The position numbers were made by a program, and so were the translations under genes. A model generated the notes under the pieces. That model was not told where the DNA came from. It did no database searches and worked only from the letters and a program-made list of their open reading frames with translations. DNA of 63,915 nt, the filler included, from Vannella sp. (lineage: Eukaryota), in NCBI GenBank assembly GCA_023345925.1. It is 6 parts of 6 records of this genome, joined end to end, with 100 filler letters (N's around TTAATTAATTAA, not from the genome) between each part and the next. Parts side by side here need not be neighbours in the genome. Positions count along the whole stretch, not along the records: positions 1 to 22,918 come from JAJQQN010000294.1; 5 more parts are not named here. One strand, written 5' to 3'. Positions 1 through 12,781 of the stretch are shown here, piece after piece. Each line of letters starts with the position of its first letter. Positions within the stretch are counted from its first letter, which is position 1.

Positions 1-270
1 CATTTGGATCGGTGCCGGTCAAATTTAGAAGCACTTTCAAAGGAGGCCAGTGGACGGGTTTAGTGGGGCCGTGAACTCTCTCTGCACGCCAGGCTCATGG
101 CTTCTTCTCAAGGGCATTGCATTCAATCAATTCCGAACAAACCATGTTGAAAAGTGCTTCTGCATTCGGGAGAGCCTCATTTCCCCATGATCCGCCTTCG
201 GTCGGCCTTCTCTCCTCTTTGTGTCAAACGGGGTATTCGTTGGGAGGGTTTGGTGAAGGAAGTTAGGACG

Positions 271-828
271 ATGTGCTCTGTTCCTCCTCTGAGGCCAGGT
301 TCGCATTGCTCTTGGTGTGGGAACGCGTTCATGGACGGACTTTCGCTTCATCAGAGCCGCCAGTGCGGGTCGTGTCAGCAAGTTACCTACGCCAATCCCT
401 TACCTGTGGTAGTTGGGCTCATCTATAAGGAGGGTAGCTCTGGCTACTCGGTTCTGGGCATAAGGAGGGCCATCCAACCTTGTAAAGGGGAGTTGGCGCT
501 AATAGGCGGGTTCCTGGAGAGCGGAGAGATGTGGGAAGCGGGTCTATCACGAGAAGTTCAAGAAGAAGTGGGCATCTCTATCCCACCCGAGTCATGGAAG
601 TTGGAACAGGTGTTTACCGTCCTTTCCCCGCCCCGTTTGATCGTCACAGCCTCCGCCGCCTGTCCCAAAGAGTTCGAAGAGCCCGACTCCGCCCCATTTG
701 ATCCACAGGAGGTCCAACAAGTCCTCTGGCTCCAATCACCAACAACACTCTGCTTCTCCTCTCACACAGAATCCCTCCACAGGTTCTTCGCCCACCCACC
801 CAACAAAGAACCTCCACAATCTAAATAA
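271..828 (+). CDS. Nudix hydrolase with N-terminal zinc ribbon (bacterial-type), intronless
   Basis: Nudix box GGFLESGEMWEAGLSREVQEEVG preceded by CSWCG...CGSC zinc ribbon and YANPLPVV. First ATG in the ORF is at 271. Confidence 0.85.
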   Translation: MCSVPPLRPGSHCSWCGNAFMDGLSLHQSRQCGSCQQVTYANPLPVVVGLIYKEGSSGYSVLGIRRAIQPCKGELALIGGFLESGEMWEAGLSREVQEEVGISIPPESWKLEQVFTVLSPPRLIVTASAACPKEFEEPDSAPFDPQEVQQVLWLQSPTTLCFSSHTESLHRFFAHPPNKEPPQSK

Positions 829-953
829 CAAACAAAATTCCCGCAAAATTCCCACAGGACCCTCAAAATGGGATTCTTTTGAACTGCGAAATGCCGTCCA
901 ATCAGCGAGGTCGGCCAATAAGGGCTTGTTTCTAACTGCCCCGCGCGCCCAAC

Positions 954-1129
954 ATGGAGAGAAAGGCCGCCATTATCTTCCTCATTGTTGCCATCATGAT
1001 CTTGGTGAGTCTTGCAGAACAGGAGTGAGTATGAATGGTGCTGACGGAAGGTTGTTCTAGTGCATGGTTCTTATTGCTGGCGGTATTGCGGGCGCCATCG
1101 CTGCTATCGTCATCTCCACCACCAACTAG
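954..1129 (+). CDS. 39-aa hydrophobic microprotein, 2 exons (954-1004, 1061-1129)
   Basis: ATG at 954 downstream of two CCAAT boxes. A 56-nt GTGAGT...CTGAC...TAG intron (1005-1060) splices in frame to MERKAAIIFLIVAIMILCMVLIAGGIAGAIAAIVISTTN*. Confidence 0.65.
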
Positions 1130-1284
1130 AAGCCTCTCTCCTTCCTCTCGTATCCCCGCACCCTCCTGTAGTCTAGATTGCCACTTTGTCCAATACACCT
1201 CCCTTCCTTTCCCTTCCAATTGTCCCCCTTTCCCACCAACCCTCAAATACGAAATTAAATGATTTTTAGGTGTTCATAGGAGGG

Positions 1285-4222
1285 ATGAGTGCGGGGAGCG
1301 TCGTCGCTGCTGAGTTCTCTGAGACGGAAGGATCTGCCTCAGCGAGCTTCCAGGAACCTCAGAAGGTGACAGGTGTATCGATAGTAGGAGAGATCTCTCT
1401 GACAGGTGGGCGCATTCCCCGTGTGGTTTGGGAAGCAGAGGTCTAACGGGTGGTAGTTGCGGAGGCGCGAAATCTTCCCAGTGGGTAGCTGTGGGGGGCT
1501 AGTTGAATGCAATCTGACTGGGTGGAGCATAGGTAAAGCATACCACTGTGTAGTACGCCTGCGCAACCAAGCTACCGATAAAGACACGATGAAGACTGCC
1601 ATCGCCCCTAAAGGCTCTGCACCGCGATGGAACCAAACCTTCACATTGTAAGCAAAGCACTCACGTTTACTACGTGCCTCTCACGCTCTGCAGCCCCATC
1701 ACAGAGATTGATTACGACCTTCGAGTGATGATCTTCAGCAGGAAGAAGGCTTTCTCTCTTGGAGAGGTCATGCTACCCCTCAGTGGATTCAAAGTACGTG
1801 TTAGCCGTGCTGGTCCCTTCTTTGCTCATGAAGGGACAGAACCTCGACACCACGGAGAGCGAGAAGTGGTACAAGATCATCAAGACCATGTCTGACAGTG
1901 ATATCACTGGAGAGATCCTTCTCAATGCAACCTATCGACCAGCAGGTGACTCTGGCGATGTCATCAAGTAGGGCTCGACGACCAGTCACTTCCTTGATGA
2001 AGCTAACGAGAGGTACTCAGGGAAACAGAGCGCCGCATGAAGAGCAACCTGCTTCGATCACTTCAAAGTGGTCCCGTTACTGCATTCGAACAGATGGAGA
2101 ACGCTGTCCTTGAAGAGCAAGGCTTTCTCTCCTCCGAGCTTCGCCGCCTCACCCGCTCAGAGGGCAAAGAGACCACATCAGCGACTGTCCAAACCCTTTT
2201 GGAAGTCCTGGAACGCCGTGCAGATGAGCTCAAGTTGAAGCGGTCAGCAGATATTCAAGTGGAGGACATCAGCGATTGTCTCACTCAAATCCGACAATCT
2301 CCCTCTTTTACTGACCTGGCCAGCGAGGTCAAGTCTATAACAGACATTGAAGATGACCTTGTTGTTGTGAGCGGCGAAATGAGCTCTCTCATCACCTCTC
2401 TTCAGTCCAAGCAACTCGCAGTTCAGGCAGATGCTTTGGGAATGCTCGACGATCGTCTTGTGACAGATGCAGAGAAGCGCAGCTTTGCACATGGTGGTGG
2501 CATTGCCGCTCTCCTTCAGATGCTCACTTCAGAGGACTCAGATGTGGTCCACAAGTCTCTGGAAGTGCTCCATCGGGCCACTTACTTCGAGTCAGGGCGA
2601 GCGCATCGGGAATTGACACCTCTTTCGATAGCCGAAGTGGTATCTGGCTTCTGCCAGTCTGGGAACAAGAGCCACAGTCTCTTTGCCTCTTGTATTATCA
2701 CCAATCTCCTTCATTTGAAGGACGGTAAGTCTCCTTGTGATGAACGCACCTCTCCCGAACTCATGCCACTTGTTATACAGCTGCGATGTACAACTATTTC
2801 ATTGAGGACGAAGGCATCGAAGATGTATTCCATCTTTTGGACTCCCAAGACTCTTTCCTGGCTTTGCGTGCGCTCTGGGGACTTTCCTCAATGCCCTCGG
2901 GAGGTAGGGTTTACTGTTCTGCGTAGAAATGAGAGACATTGCCTGACAAGGACTTAGACAGGACCAAGCTCATTGAAATGTCTTGGGAGCGAATCACACG
3001 TTTCTTAGGTGACTCGAAGCAGCCTGAGCACCAGGCCAAAGCATGCGCAACAGTCGCTAACTTTGCGTACGATGGTAAGCTCTCTTTCTCTCCCGTTCTC
3101 TCTGTCTCTCCAAGGTGGCTGACACCGCTAACAGCGAACAATCTGAGCGCAATGGAGAAGTACGCTGCTGAGTTGACTGCCCAACTGGCCGAGCTCCTGA
3201 AAGAGTCAGATGAACGCTCCTTAGAAGCCCTCCGAGCACTTGCCAACCTCGCCCATTCGAGTAAGCTCAACTTTTGGAGGTTGGGAAGACATTCTGTGAG
3301 ACTGACTTGTGGACAGAGGAAATCCGCCCACATATTGTCCAATCCGGTTGTATCGAACCCATTGTCTCGCTTTTAGAGTCCAAGGAGATGTTCCCTCAAG
3401 CTACTTGGACACTTGGGAACATTTGTATGGACGACCGCAGCATTCTGGCTGTCCGGAATTCCGTGGCGATTAGCAGACTGCTTGCTGCACTCCCACAAGC
3501 ATCTACAGACACAGCAGAGAGGATCCTTTGGACTCTCGGTAACCTTACTGTGGATGAGCGAGCCCGGGATATCGTTTCGAGTGAGAAGGGCGGCTTGGAG
3601 GTTCTGGTGGAGCTTTTAGGGTCGAAGAATGAGCGCATTTCTGCTGCTGCTGTCGATATCATCGCTGCACTCAGCTCCAATCAAAAGACTGCGGCTTCCC
3701 TCGGTCAGTTGGAGGTGCCAGCTCACTTTACGAGACTCCTCAGTGCGACCACTCAGCCTCAGACAAAGGAGAAGGTCTGCTGGGCCATTGTGCGCCTCTG
3801 TGCCAACCACTGTAAGCTCGTCCTTCTCGTAAAGCTTTGGTGGCTCACATTCCCCTCCCAGCCGCCAATCAGGAGGCCTTCCGCAACGTGGGCACTCTCA
3901 CCAGCTTGGGGGAGCTCTTAGAGGAGAGTTCCACCTACCAACAAGCAGCTATCTGGGCGCTCTATAACCTCGTAGCGGGCAGTAAGTCATCCGTGCCCTC
4001 TCCCACTCCCTACTAACGAGAAGGCGATCATCAGACGAGACCAACTTGGAAACCATCAAGCGCCAAGACGTCATTCAGCCCCTTGTGTCCTGCCTTCAAC
4101 ATGAAGCCACGAAAGACATTTCAAGGAAGCTCCTCTCTGTACTCGCTTCTGATGAGGCTCAAAAGCGGCGCATTATTGACATTGTCGTCCGCGACGTCCG
4201 CACAAGAAAGGTTGCCTTCTGA
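1285..4222 (+). CDS. C2-domain plus armadillo-repeat protein, multi-exon
   Basis: Spliced N-terminus GEISLTVAEARNLP...PRWNQTFTF...LGEVMLPL...GEILLNATY is a C2 domain. Downstream exons give ARM repeats (GGIAALLQML, ATWTLGNI, GGLEVLVELL). TGA at 4220-4222 followed by AATAAA. Confidence 0.8.
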
Positions 4223-4292
4223 GGGTCCCTCGCAGGCTAATAAAGACAGAAGGAGGCAATGCATATGAAGTATCTACATGGAATGCCCCCGC

Positions 4293-5569
4293 TCAGGTGG
4301 ACATGTGTGACCGAGGCTCCCAACGTTCGGGGGAGAGAGACTCTTCGTCGGTGTCCTCGAATATTGGGACTTCGAGCTTGCTGTTGCTCATGGCGGCCTT
4401 GATGAAGGATAGAGGGACTGATCCAGAGGATGATCGTAACCGCTGATTCGCTTCGGGGCTTCCCTCACTGAAGACAATGGCTGCGGGTGTGGGAGTCTTT
4501 CGTCGTCTTTTCCCTCGCTCTGTCCGATACTGTGCACTGGGACTTAAGCTCTCTTCACTCCCTGATATCTCTGAACCCTCCTTGGGAGCATGGCTGAAGT
4601 TGCCGAGGAAATTGCGCCGTAAAGTGTCGCGGAAGCTCTTGCGAGCCTTGTCTGGGGGCATCTGCTCATTGCGAAGAGGACTGGATCCGTTACCTCTTGG
4701 AGAAGTTGGTGTAGGTGTCCATCCTCGTTGGCTTTTTAACTCCGCAGCGCTGATGGGCGTAGCAGGGGAGTAGCCTTCACCTAACCGCCGGAAGTTCATC
4801 AGGAGGGCGAACTTCTCTCGGTCGTTTGAACGGGGCATGTAGACAGGATTGGTTACAACCCGTTCAGTTGCTTCCCTGTATGAAACGTCTCCCCGGCTGC
4901 TTGTGAGGTGCGGTGAGGGCAAAGCCTCTTTGATGAGGTTGAGCCGGCTCTTTTGATGCTTCAGTCGAGCAGCACGGATCCCACCCCCTCCTTCGTCTCC
5001 TTTAAGCTTCCGTTTGGTTGTCACCTTTTGCCGTAAGTTCTGAGGACAGTTGGTGTCAAAAGGGCTCCTTCCTCCCCAGGGAGGGCGAACTTACTGCGTC
5101 CCACTGCTCAAAGTCTTCAGTCTTTGGTAACTGAACATTGAACTCTTGAAGGGTTATACAACGGAGCTTCTCCTCCTCCAAGAAGGAACAGTCCAAACGA
5201 CCGATGGCACTATTCTTCCGCTCCTGTTCAGGTTGGCCGTAGTTCGTTAGTCCTGTTATCACACACTCTCATAGAGTCCCTTGAACTCCAACAAGAGCCA
5301 GAGCGTACCTCTTGTACGTTGACATCGTCAGGGTAAGCCTCTTTGGAAAGATAACGGAAGGGGCAGTGAAAGTTGGCTCCAGAAGACACCCAAAGGTGCT
5401 CGTTACCACAATAGAGTTGCCAGCGCTCGACATCGGAGCACCTCGACTTGTGTCCTGCGCCCATCTTGTGCGAGTAATAGTCTCGTCGCGCTCCCCGCTT
5501 TCTAGCTGTACTACTGCCCCCCTCATCACTGATCAACAACAAGGGGACAGCGGGCTTCCCCTTGCTCAT
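4293..5569 (-). CDS. hypothetical basic/Ser-rich protein, 3 exons
   Basis: Three consecutive minus-strand ORFs join through GT-AG introns (GTACGC...CAG and GTAAGT...CAG). No recognisable domain. Confidence 0.6.
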
Positions 5570-5660
5570 CCTCCCCTCAGAAAATGATTTGCCGCCGAAG
5601 CACCAGAATCGCCCATTTGGCACTTAACCCGTCACGTGGCCTTTCTAATTCATTATTTTA

Positions 5661-7440
5661 ATGTCTCAAGAGCCAACATTGGGCCCATTGGACCCTTCTT
5701 TGGAGGAGGAAGTTGGCGGCCTTTCCTTTACGGCTGAAGAGCTTGACCCAGATGATGACTGGTCGTGGACAAAGGATAGGATGCGATCCAAGTCGGTGAT
5801 GCTGCCACGGTGGCAAACAGCGGAGGAGACGAAACCGGTCCAAGAGGAGGGAGATCCTGCCTCTGAGGCGTTGGAGAAGGAGCTACTACAACGTGTCAAG
5901 ATGTTCTTTGTGCTCGTACATGGCAACAACGGGAACGGGGCGGACTGGACTTGCATACGAAAGGAGCTTTACGATCGCTTTGGCAGCTCTGTCCTTATTA
6001 TGACCTCTACAGCCAACTCTCACTCTACACACGAAGGCATCGAAGTGGGAGGTCGCAATCTGACCTGTGAGATCGCCAGCTTCATCAACCAAGCGTTCCT
6101 GGTTGGACCACGCACTCTTGCTTCCCAAAGATACGCTCTCTTTGTCAAGAGTAGCCGCTTTGGCGTTGCTACCGAACCTCTACAGTCAGATGCTTCTTAT
6201 GTAGCTCCCAATCCACTCAAGGAGCACACAATGGACTCAGAGGCGGAGAAAGAGATGTTTATGATCAACTCCTCGCGGATGGCAGCAGACTTCATTCGTA
6301 CTGGCAGTCAGCCTCTTCCTATGACAATCATTGGACACTCGTTGGGTGGGTTGTATGGTCGGAATGCCACAGGATGGCTCTTCAACCACGGTTTCTTCCC
6401 CCAGCTCGAGGGAGGGATGGAGAACCCACTCGCCCCCTTGATTCCCCACGGTTACATTAGCATATGCACTCCTCATTTAGGTTCCCGGAGACCAGGTGGC
6501 TCCCTTGCCAGAGCAACGTGGAAGACTATGGTACACACTGTGCTCAATCACATTAATGGTCAAACAGGCATCGAGCTTCTCTTAGAAGACCACGTCAATC
6601 ACTCTTACAATCAAAATAGCTCTCGAATCCAAGCTACAACAGCAAAACCGGACGCGCCTCTTCTTTCTGTGATGACAGAACCGCATTCTATCTACGTGGA
6701 GGGCTTGAATCTCTTTAAAAAGAAAACACTGATTGCTATTACACACTATGACACTCTGGTACCATACGCCAGCGCCGCTATTGTAGGACATAACCCCTAC
6801 GCAATGCCACTTCAGCGTAAAACATTTGCTGTTGTTGGGAGCTACGGCTTCTCCTATGAACATAGTCTTTCTATAGAGCCTTATCAGGATCCTTCTCTCT
6901 CCAGTGCGACTGACGAGATGAAAGAACTCAAAAATGATGCAAATCAATCACGAAGAGGTCGCTCACGAAGTGACATTGTTCCTAACCTTCCGGGCCTTGG
7001 TTCTCCAACACAATCAGCTTCTGTCGTTGGGATCGCAAACCGTTCTTGCGATGGACTGTACCATACAGATACCAATCTGGAGGTTGAATACCTCTCTGAA
7101 ATCCTCACCAATCTTCAATCGCTTCACTGGAGGTAAACATTCCCCCACAATAAGTGTCACTCTAACAGCCACCTCCCAGGAGACTTGATATCCAATTCCC
7201 AAAGGGCCCTTTTGTTCATGAGCTGCCCATTCAAAAGATCCGTTCCAAACCCATTGCTGTGAGATTCTCCTCATTTTGAGTTCCTTATGACCAGTGAGAC
7301 TGTCGACTAACCCTTCCCAGTCTCTTTTCAAAACAGATCCCGGTTATGGCTTCGTCAAGATGTTAGTGAGTATTCTGTTGACTGATCTCCAACCCGAAGA
7401 GGACAAGGCCGGTGGAGCGGTGGCAGATAATGGAGATTAG
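5661..7440 (+). CDS. DUF676 putative serine esterase/lipase (ROG1/FAM135-like)
   Basis: VLVHGNNG, THEGIEVGG, GHSLGG nucleophile elbow, TPHLGSR, DTLVPYASA. Two 3' introns extend the ORF to TAG at 7440. Confidence 0.85.
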
Positions 7441-7553
7441 AATCTATCACTTGTAAATGATAGTAATACCAATATTAATTGCAATTGGGTAAGCAGTGAA
7501 TAAACAATCGACAAAGTTTCCCAAAGTTTCGAGTTTTATCATTTTTTGTTGAC

Positions 7554-8081
7554 ATGCCCCCTTCGTTGAGCGACATCCCTGGCTTGGAGTCACTGGGCGC
7601 TCCGGAACTTTGGGACGCAGTCACCGTCACTCATATTCTCTATATGACACAAGCTGAGTTCGAGAGCTTCTCTCACCTCTTCGTTCCTCAAGAGAACGAC
7701 GACGACGAACTGGCCCAACCTGCAGAAGCGATTCATCCCACTACTGTTGTCAAATTCGTGGATGGAGTGATAGTCGTGGAGGAAACCTTTGTAAATCAAT
7801 CTCAACCCTCCTTCAAAGAGGCTACCGCTGTTCGTCCCGGTAAGTCCACAAACTCCTCATCATGGACCAAGAAAGATGTTGCCCTGTTCTACCTTGGACT
7901 ACGAATATTTGGTGAGGACTTTGGAAGAATATCCTCTCTTGTGGGAACCTACGACCGCAGGCAAGTACGCAACAAGTACAAGAAAGAAAGCAAACGCAAT
8001 GAAGCTTTCGTCATCTACGCTTGCAAGAATTCCCTGTCACCCACACCCTCTCTTGGAGAGTTTATTGAATCTCGAGAGTGA
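7554..8081 (+). CDS. Bdp1-like (TFIIIB B'') SANT/Myb-domain protein
   Basis: WTKKDVALFYLGLRIFGEDFGRISSLV..DRRQVRNKYKKE matches the Bdp1 SANT consensus (WxxxETxxFYxALxxxGTDFxxIxxLFPxRxRxQIKxKFKxE). Confidence 0.75.
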   Translation: MPPSLSDIPGLESLGAPELWDAVTVTHILYMTQAEFESFSHLFVPQENDDDELAQPAEAIHPTTVVKFVDGVIVVEETFVNQSQPSFKEATAVRPGKSTNSSSWTKKDVALFYLGLRIFGEDFGRISSLVGTYDRRQVRNKYKKESKRNEAFVIYACKNSLSPTPSLGEFIESRE

Positions 8082-8436
8082 TCGAAGTATTTGAGTCTTC
8101 TATGATGAGGAAACAGACCTGTTCTGAGAAAGGCTGAAGACAAACCCTATCGCAAAACTCCTGAGAAGACTCTTATACTTCATCACTCTTTTGATTGATT
8201 GTAAATGATAAAGAAACATACCGAACCTCGCGGTCCTAGCTGTCCTAGCTACTGAGCGTTGCTCTCCCTGCAAGTTGCTCTCCTGAAAGTTAAAGGGTAG
8301 GAATAATGTAACGATAAAAATCATATGTATGATCACAAAGAGTGTTCCATATGAACCTGAAGGAATTTTCGGGTGGGTGTCGGAAAAGTAGAGGACTTGT
8401 TAGGCAGCCTGCGGGGACAGCACACACTCACCCACC

Positions 8437-8758
8437 ATGGACATTGAAGAGTTATTTGCCGTCATCTCGCTTATGTTGTTTGTTCTTGGCTTCCCTATGC
8501 CTCTCCTTTGGATCTGTTCAGGATGGTATGAGTTCTGCCTGCAAGTTTCACAGCAGTGTGGTTAACAGGGTCGTTGGGTACAGCTGCATCCCCTCGAAGA
8601 ACCGAATGGCTAAGCTTTTCGGTATCCTTGGAGCCTCTCTCTATGCCTTTGTGTCGCTGGGAACCGTTGTGGGCATCATCATCTACCTGGCGGTCTTTGT
8701 CCCTTGGTTCAACCTGACCCCTCAGTACTACCAATACTATGGATTGAATGACCAATAA
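8437..8758 (+). CDS. small membrane protein (about 92 aa, 2-3 hydrophobic segments), 2 exons
   Basis: MDIEELFAVISLMLFVLGFPMPLLWICSGW joins through a GTATGA...AACAG intron to VVGYSC...GIIIYLAVFVPWFNL. AATAAA overlaps the stop. Confidence 0.6.
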
Positions 8759-8879
8759 ACACAACAACTTCCCTCTCTTTCCCCCTTGACCAGTGGCGAT
8801 CAAGGGACTGTAACTTCATGGACCAGTTTGCCTGCCTTTCCATTTCAATCCTTCACTTCAAATCATTCTTTTCACGCCC

Positions 8880-11800
8880 ATGAGTGCCGAAAGCGCTTTG
8901 CGGCAATGCTTCCAAGGAGCCCTGTCTGCTGATGGGGCTATTCGCGGTCAGGCTGAGGCAAAGCTTAGGGAGGTAAGTTTCCAGTCGAGGGGGACAAGAT
9001 ATCTTGCTTAATCTACCAGTTTTCTACCCATGCGGGCTTCCTCTCCCTCCTTTTGAAGACCTCAGCAGATCCTTCGAGCCCCCTGGAGGAGAGGACGATT
9101 ACTTTGGTCTATTTGAAGAACACCATCTCTCTTTGGATGGCAGAGTCGATCAGTGACGAGCCACCAGCTAAGAAGATTGACTTCACGGAGGAAGAGCAGA
9201 CCTTCTTCAAGTCCCACATCCTCAGCCTGTTGGTTGGGGCTGATCGCCAGATGTTCAATCTGTACCTTGAAGTATTCCGTCATTTGGCAGATGTCCACTT
9301 CCCCCGGAACTGGCCCCCTCTGATCTCCACCCTCAACAAGTTGATGACTTCGAACAACTTTCCCCAGATGTACACCGCCCTCCGCTGTGTGGCTACTCTC
9401 ACTCGCCGATTCGTGTACGTTCAATCCTAGCTACGTTCATTCTCTCATGCCCAAAGCAGCTCTGTGAGAATCGATGGAGAGTCTCGGAAGGTTCTTTGTG
9501 CCATCATAGTCTCCTGTTTCCCTCAAGTGTTCGCGATTCTGACAGCAGTGAAGGATGACTCAAGCTCTCCAGCAAGGACAATCAAATGTCTTTGCTTAAA
9601 AATCTTTGGACTTAGTGTCCGGGTGAGTGTTTTGTGAAGTCTCTCTCTCCGTGTTGATTTACTCATCTGTATCACTCTCAGACCTATATCGCGGACGTCT
9701 TCCTGTCTCCAGATAAGCTTGCTCCTTGGCTACAATTGGTTCTGGGCATTTTTGAGAGGCCATTGACACCAGAGGAACGCGCTGAGACTGACGAAGGGGA
9801 TTCTGTATGGAAGGTGAAGAAGCAGGCAATGTCGATTCTCTATCGTATCTACGTCCTTTGCACATTTATTGAAGGGCCAAAAGACCCTCGAGAGGGCATC
9901 ACCAATATTTATCGGGCTCAGTTCGCCCCTTTGGTACAAGTCTCCATCATTAATTTGATGGTCTCCCAACAGAACAACAATGAAAGCACGCATCCTCGAG
10001 TGGCTGCCCTCTGCATCAAATATCTTCACAGAAGGTACAATCTTGAGATCAGAGTTACATTGCAAGGCTAATTTTGGGGGTAGTATTGAATTTGCAGCCA
10101 CGTACAACACTCTGAAGCCTCATGTCCAGCCCCTGTTACAACAAGTTTTGTTCCCTTGCATGTCTCTTTCCTCAGAAGAAGTGGAAAGCTTTGAATCGGA
10201 TCCTGTTGATTTTGTCAGAGCTGAATTTGGTACCTCCCTTCTGTTTTTCACACATAGTTGCCTAACGGACCTTTGTAGATGTGATGGAGGAGTACTACAG
10301 CCCCAGGAAGAGCGCAGAAGAATTTATTGCTGCCCTTTTCAAGCTCCGTTCAAAGAGACACTTGGCCCCGTTTATGGAGTTTCTCTGCAATCGATTGAAC
10401 GAGTACAAGTCTCTTCCTCTGGAAGCACGGAACCACAACAACAAGTTTGCATGCTTAGCTGCCATTCGGAGCATCAACAAGGAATTTAAATCCGATCAAG
10501 TGAGAGAGGAGCGAGCTCCCTTCATTCCTCCCTCCTAACTCTCCGTTAGGCATTCTGTGAATCGATCCTTGCTGAACATATCCTGCCCGAGTTTTCATCT
10601 CCGATTCCTGCACTCCGCGCGATGGCCTGCACGACTTTCACCTCCTTTGCTGACCTCACTTTTGCTAATCCTAGTATCTTCCTAGAGGGTCTCCAACTCA
10701 CCTTCAAAAATTTGACGGACTCAAGCGAGGGTGTGCGGCTTATCTCTGCGATTAGGCTCCGAGATATCATCCACAATCCCTTGGCCCCACCTTTGGTGAA
10801 TGCCAATATTGGACCTCTCTTTTCTGGTGTGTGCACCCGTTCTCTGATGCAACCCACTAACTCTTGGACCCAACAGTCTACATCAAGCTTATCTCTGAAG
10901 CTGACATTGGAGAACTCCTGGCGGCCTTTGAGTACCTTATCTCCAAGTATAACAAGAACATCGGACCCTTTGCGGCGCAATTGCTTCACACTTTCATCGC
11001 CTCCTATGACCGCATCCTTGGGGAAGCCGACGATGAAAGTTCTGTAGCTTCTTGGGAGTGCCTTAGAGCGATCAAGATGGTCATTGGCTCTATTGGCAAT
11101 GATGAGCAGCTGCTCCAACAAGCCGAGATGATTGTTCTCCCCAGGCTCCAGTCTGAGATATCAGAGGACTTTGAAAACTTGGATGATCTCATTCAAATTG
11201 TCTCCCTCTTTGCCACTCACACTTCTCGCAAGAAGCTCTCTGACCTACTCTGGAGTTTCTTCCCTCAACTATCAGAAGCCTGTTTGGCTTATGCACTTGA
11301 TTTCGCGTCTGGTAAGAGTCAATGTGCCTTGGAACCTTCTTTTCAAAGGCCCCTGACTCTTTCTAGAAATCCTCCAATGCTTCGATAATATGATTTCAGC
11401 AGACCCTGAGGAGTTTATCAAGCGTGGCTACATCAGTTATATCTTTAGGATCTATCAACTAGTCAGTCCCATTCCCCTCCAGAGTGGGTGTGGAGTCTAA
11501 TGCACCTTCATGTCCTTGTAGGCTCTCCAAGATGAAGTAGAACCCGAATACCAACAGCCAGCCGCCCAATTGATGGAATGCGCAATCCAGAACTCTTCGT
11601 AAGTCCTCTGTATCACTCGTCACACGAACAGACGCTGACCTCACATGTGGCTCACTTGCAGTGCTGCTGCTGAGAGTTGGATTCCCCAAATTCTCCAAGT
11701 CAGCTTGGCATTCCTTCAAGTAGAGCAGGATAGCTTCGTCACCCAAACCTTGGTCCTCAATAATGTACGAGCAAGTCACTTTCTCCTCCCAAACTCACCC

Positions 11801-12653
11801 GAGACTCGGCCTGTAGATCGGAAGCTGCTTGATCTTCTGTCCTGTGGTTACTGTCAACCTGTTGGAAGGTCAAAACTGCACTGCAGTGGTCTTCCAGCAG
11901 TGGTTTGGCATCTTTGGGAAGCTGAAAAGGTGAGGCAAAGCCTTTCGCCTTCCTCGGAAGAAGGAATCTCACCTCACCCCTATGTGCAGGCTGTATGACC
12001 GCAAAGTAGCTATCCTCGCACTAATGGCAATCATCTCCAAGCCAACTGAGCTGTGGCCCGTGGTCATGCGCAACATCCCAACCCTGAAGAGCGTTGTAGT
12101 CTCATGCCTACATCTTCTCCGTGAGAACGTGGAGCAATGCAAGCGTAAAGGTAAGTACATCTCTATTCACACCTGATCCTAATTCTCTCCAAATAGCAAT
12201 GGAAGCGGAGGCGAATGCTGCGCAAGGAGAAACCTCCCGGAAGGCGGTTTCCTCTGCCAGTAAATCTCTGACAGAAGAAGGCTACAACTCAGATGAAGAT
12301 GTCACTCACCGTCGATCAAACTACCAAATCCTTAGCGACATGGTGAGATCCCCAAACCTTCCTTCTCGATCACTCACCGTCGCCCAGTACTCGGATTCCG
12401 GAGAGGAATTCGAGGATGAAGACAGTGTGGTTACAGTGATTGACTCTATTGAAGAGATCCACGTGTTCTTCGAAACCCTCCTAGGTAAGGTGCCTCCAGT
12501 TTGGGCTCGCCTCATGTGCTCATCATCCTTCAATCAGATCTCTCCACAAGGGAGTCAGCCCTCTTCCAAGAGCTGATGTCAACATTCACACCTGAGGACA
12601 AAACTCTGGTGGATCACCTCTCTCAGCTTCGACAACTCCTCTTGAGTCCTTGA
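8880..12653 (+). CDS. importin-7/8 family (importin-beta superfamily, Nmd5/Sxm1-like), many exons
   Basis: IBN_N-like start (IRGQAEAKLRE...VYLKNTI), DVHFPRNWPPL, WKVKKQAMSILYR, FESDPVDFVR, YDRKVAILAL and an acidic C-terminal loop. Canonical short introns throughout. Confidence 0.85.
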
Positions 12654-12781
12654 GCGCTTCCTTTGCAATAGACTCCTGTGTGTCCTCTCTCACTTATCAA
12701 GGGTAGGGATGGGACGTCTCTGTTCATTTCGTTGTGTTATTAGTATCAAAAAGTGCAAGGAGATAGCCTCCGTTGTTGTGT

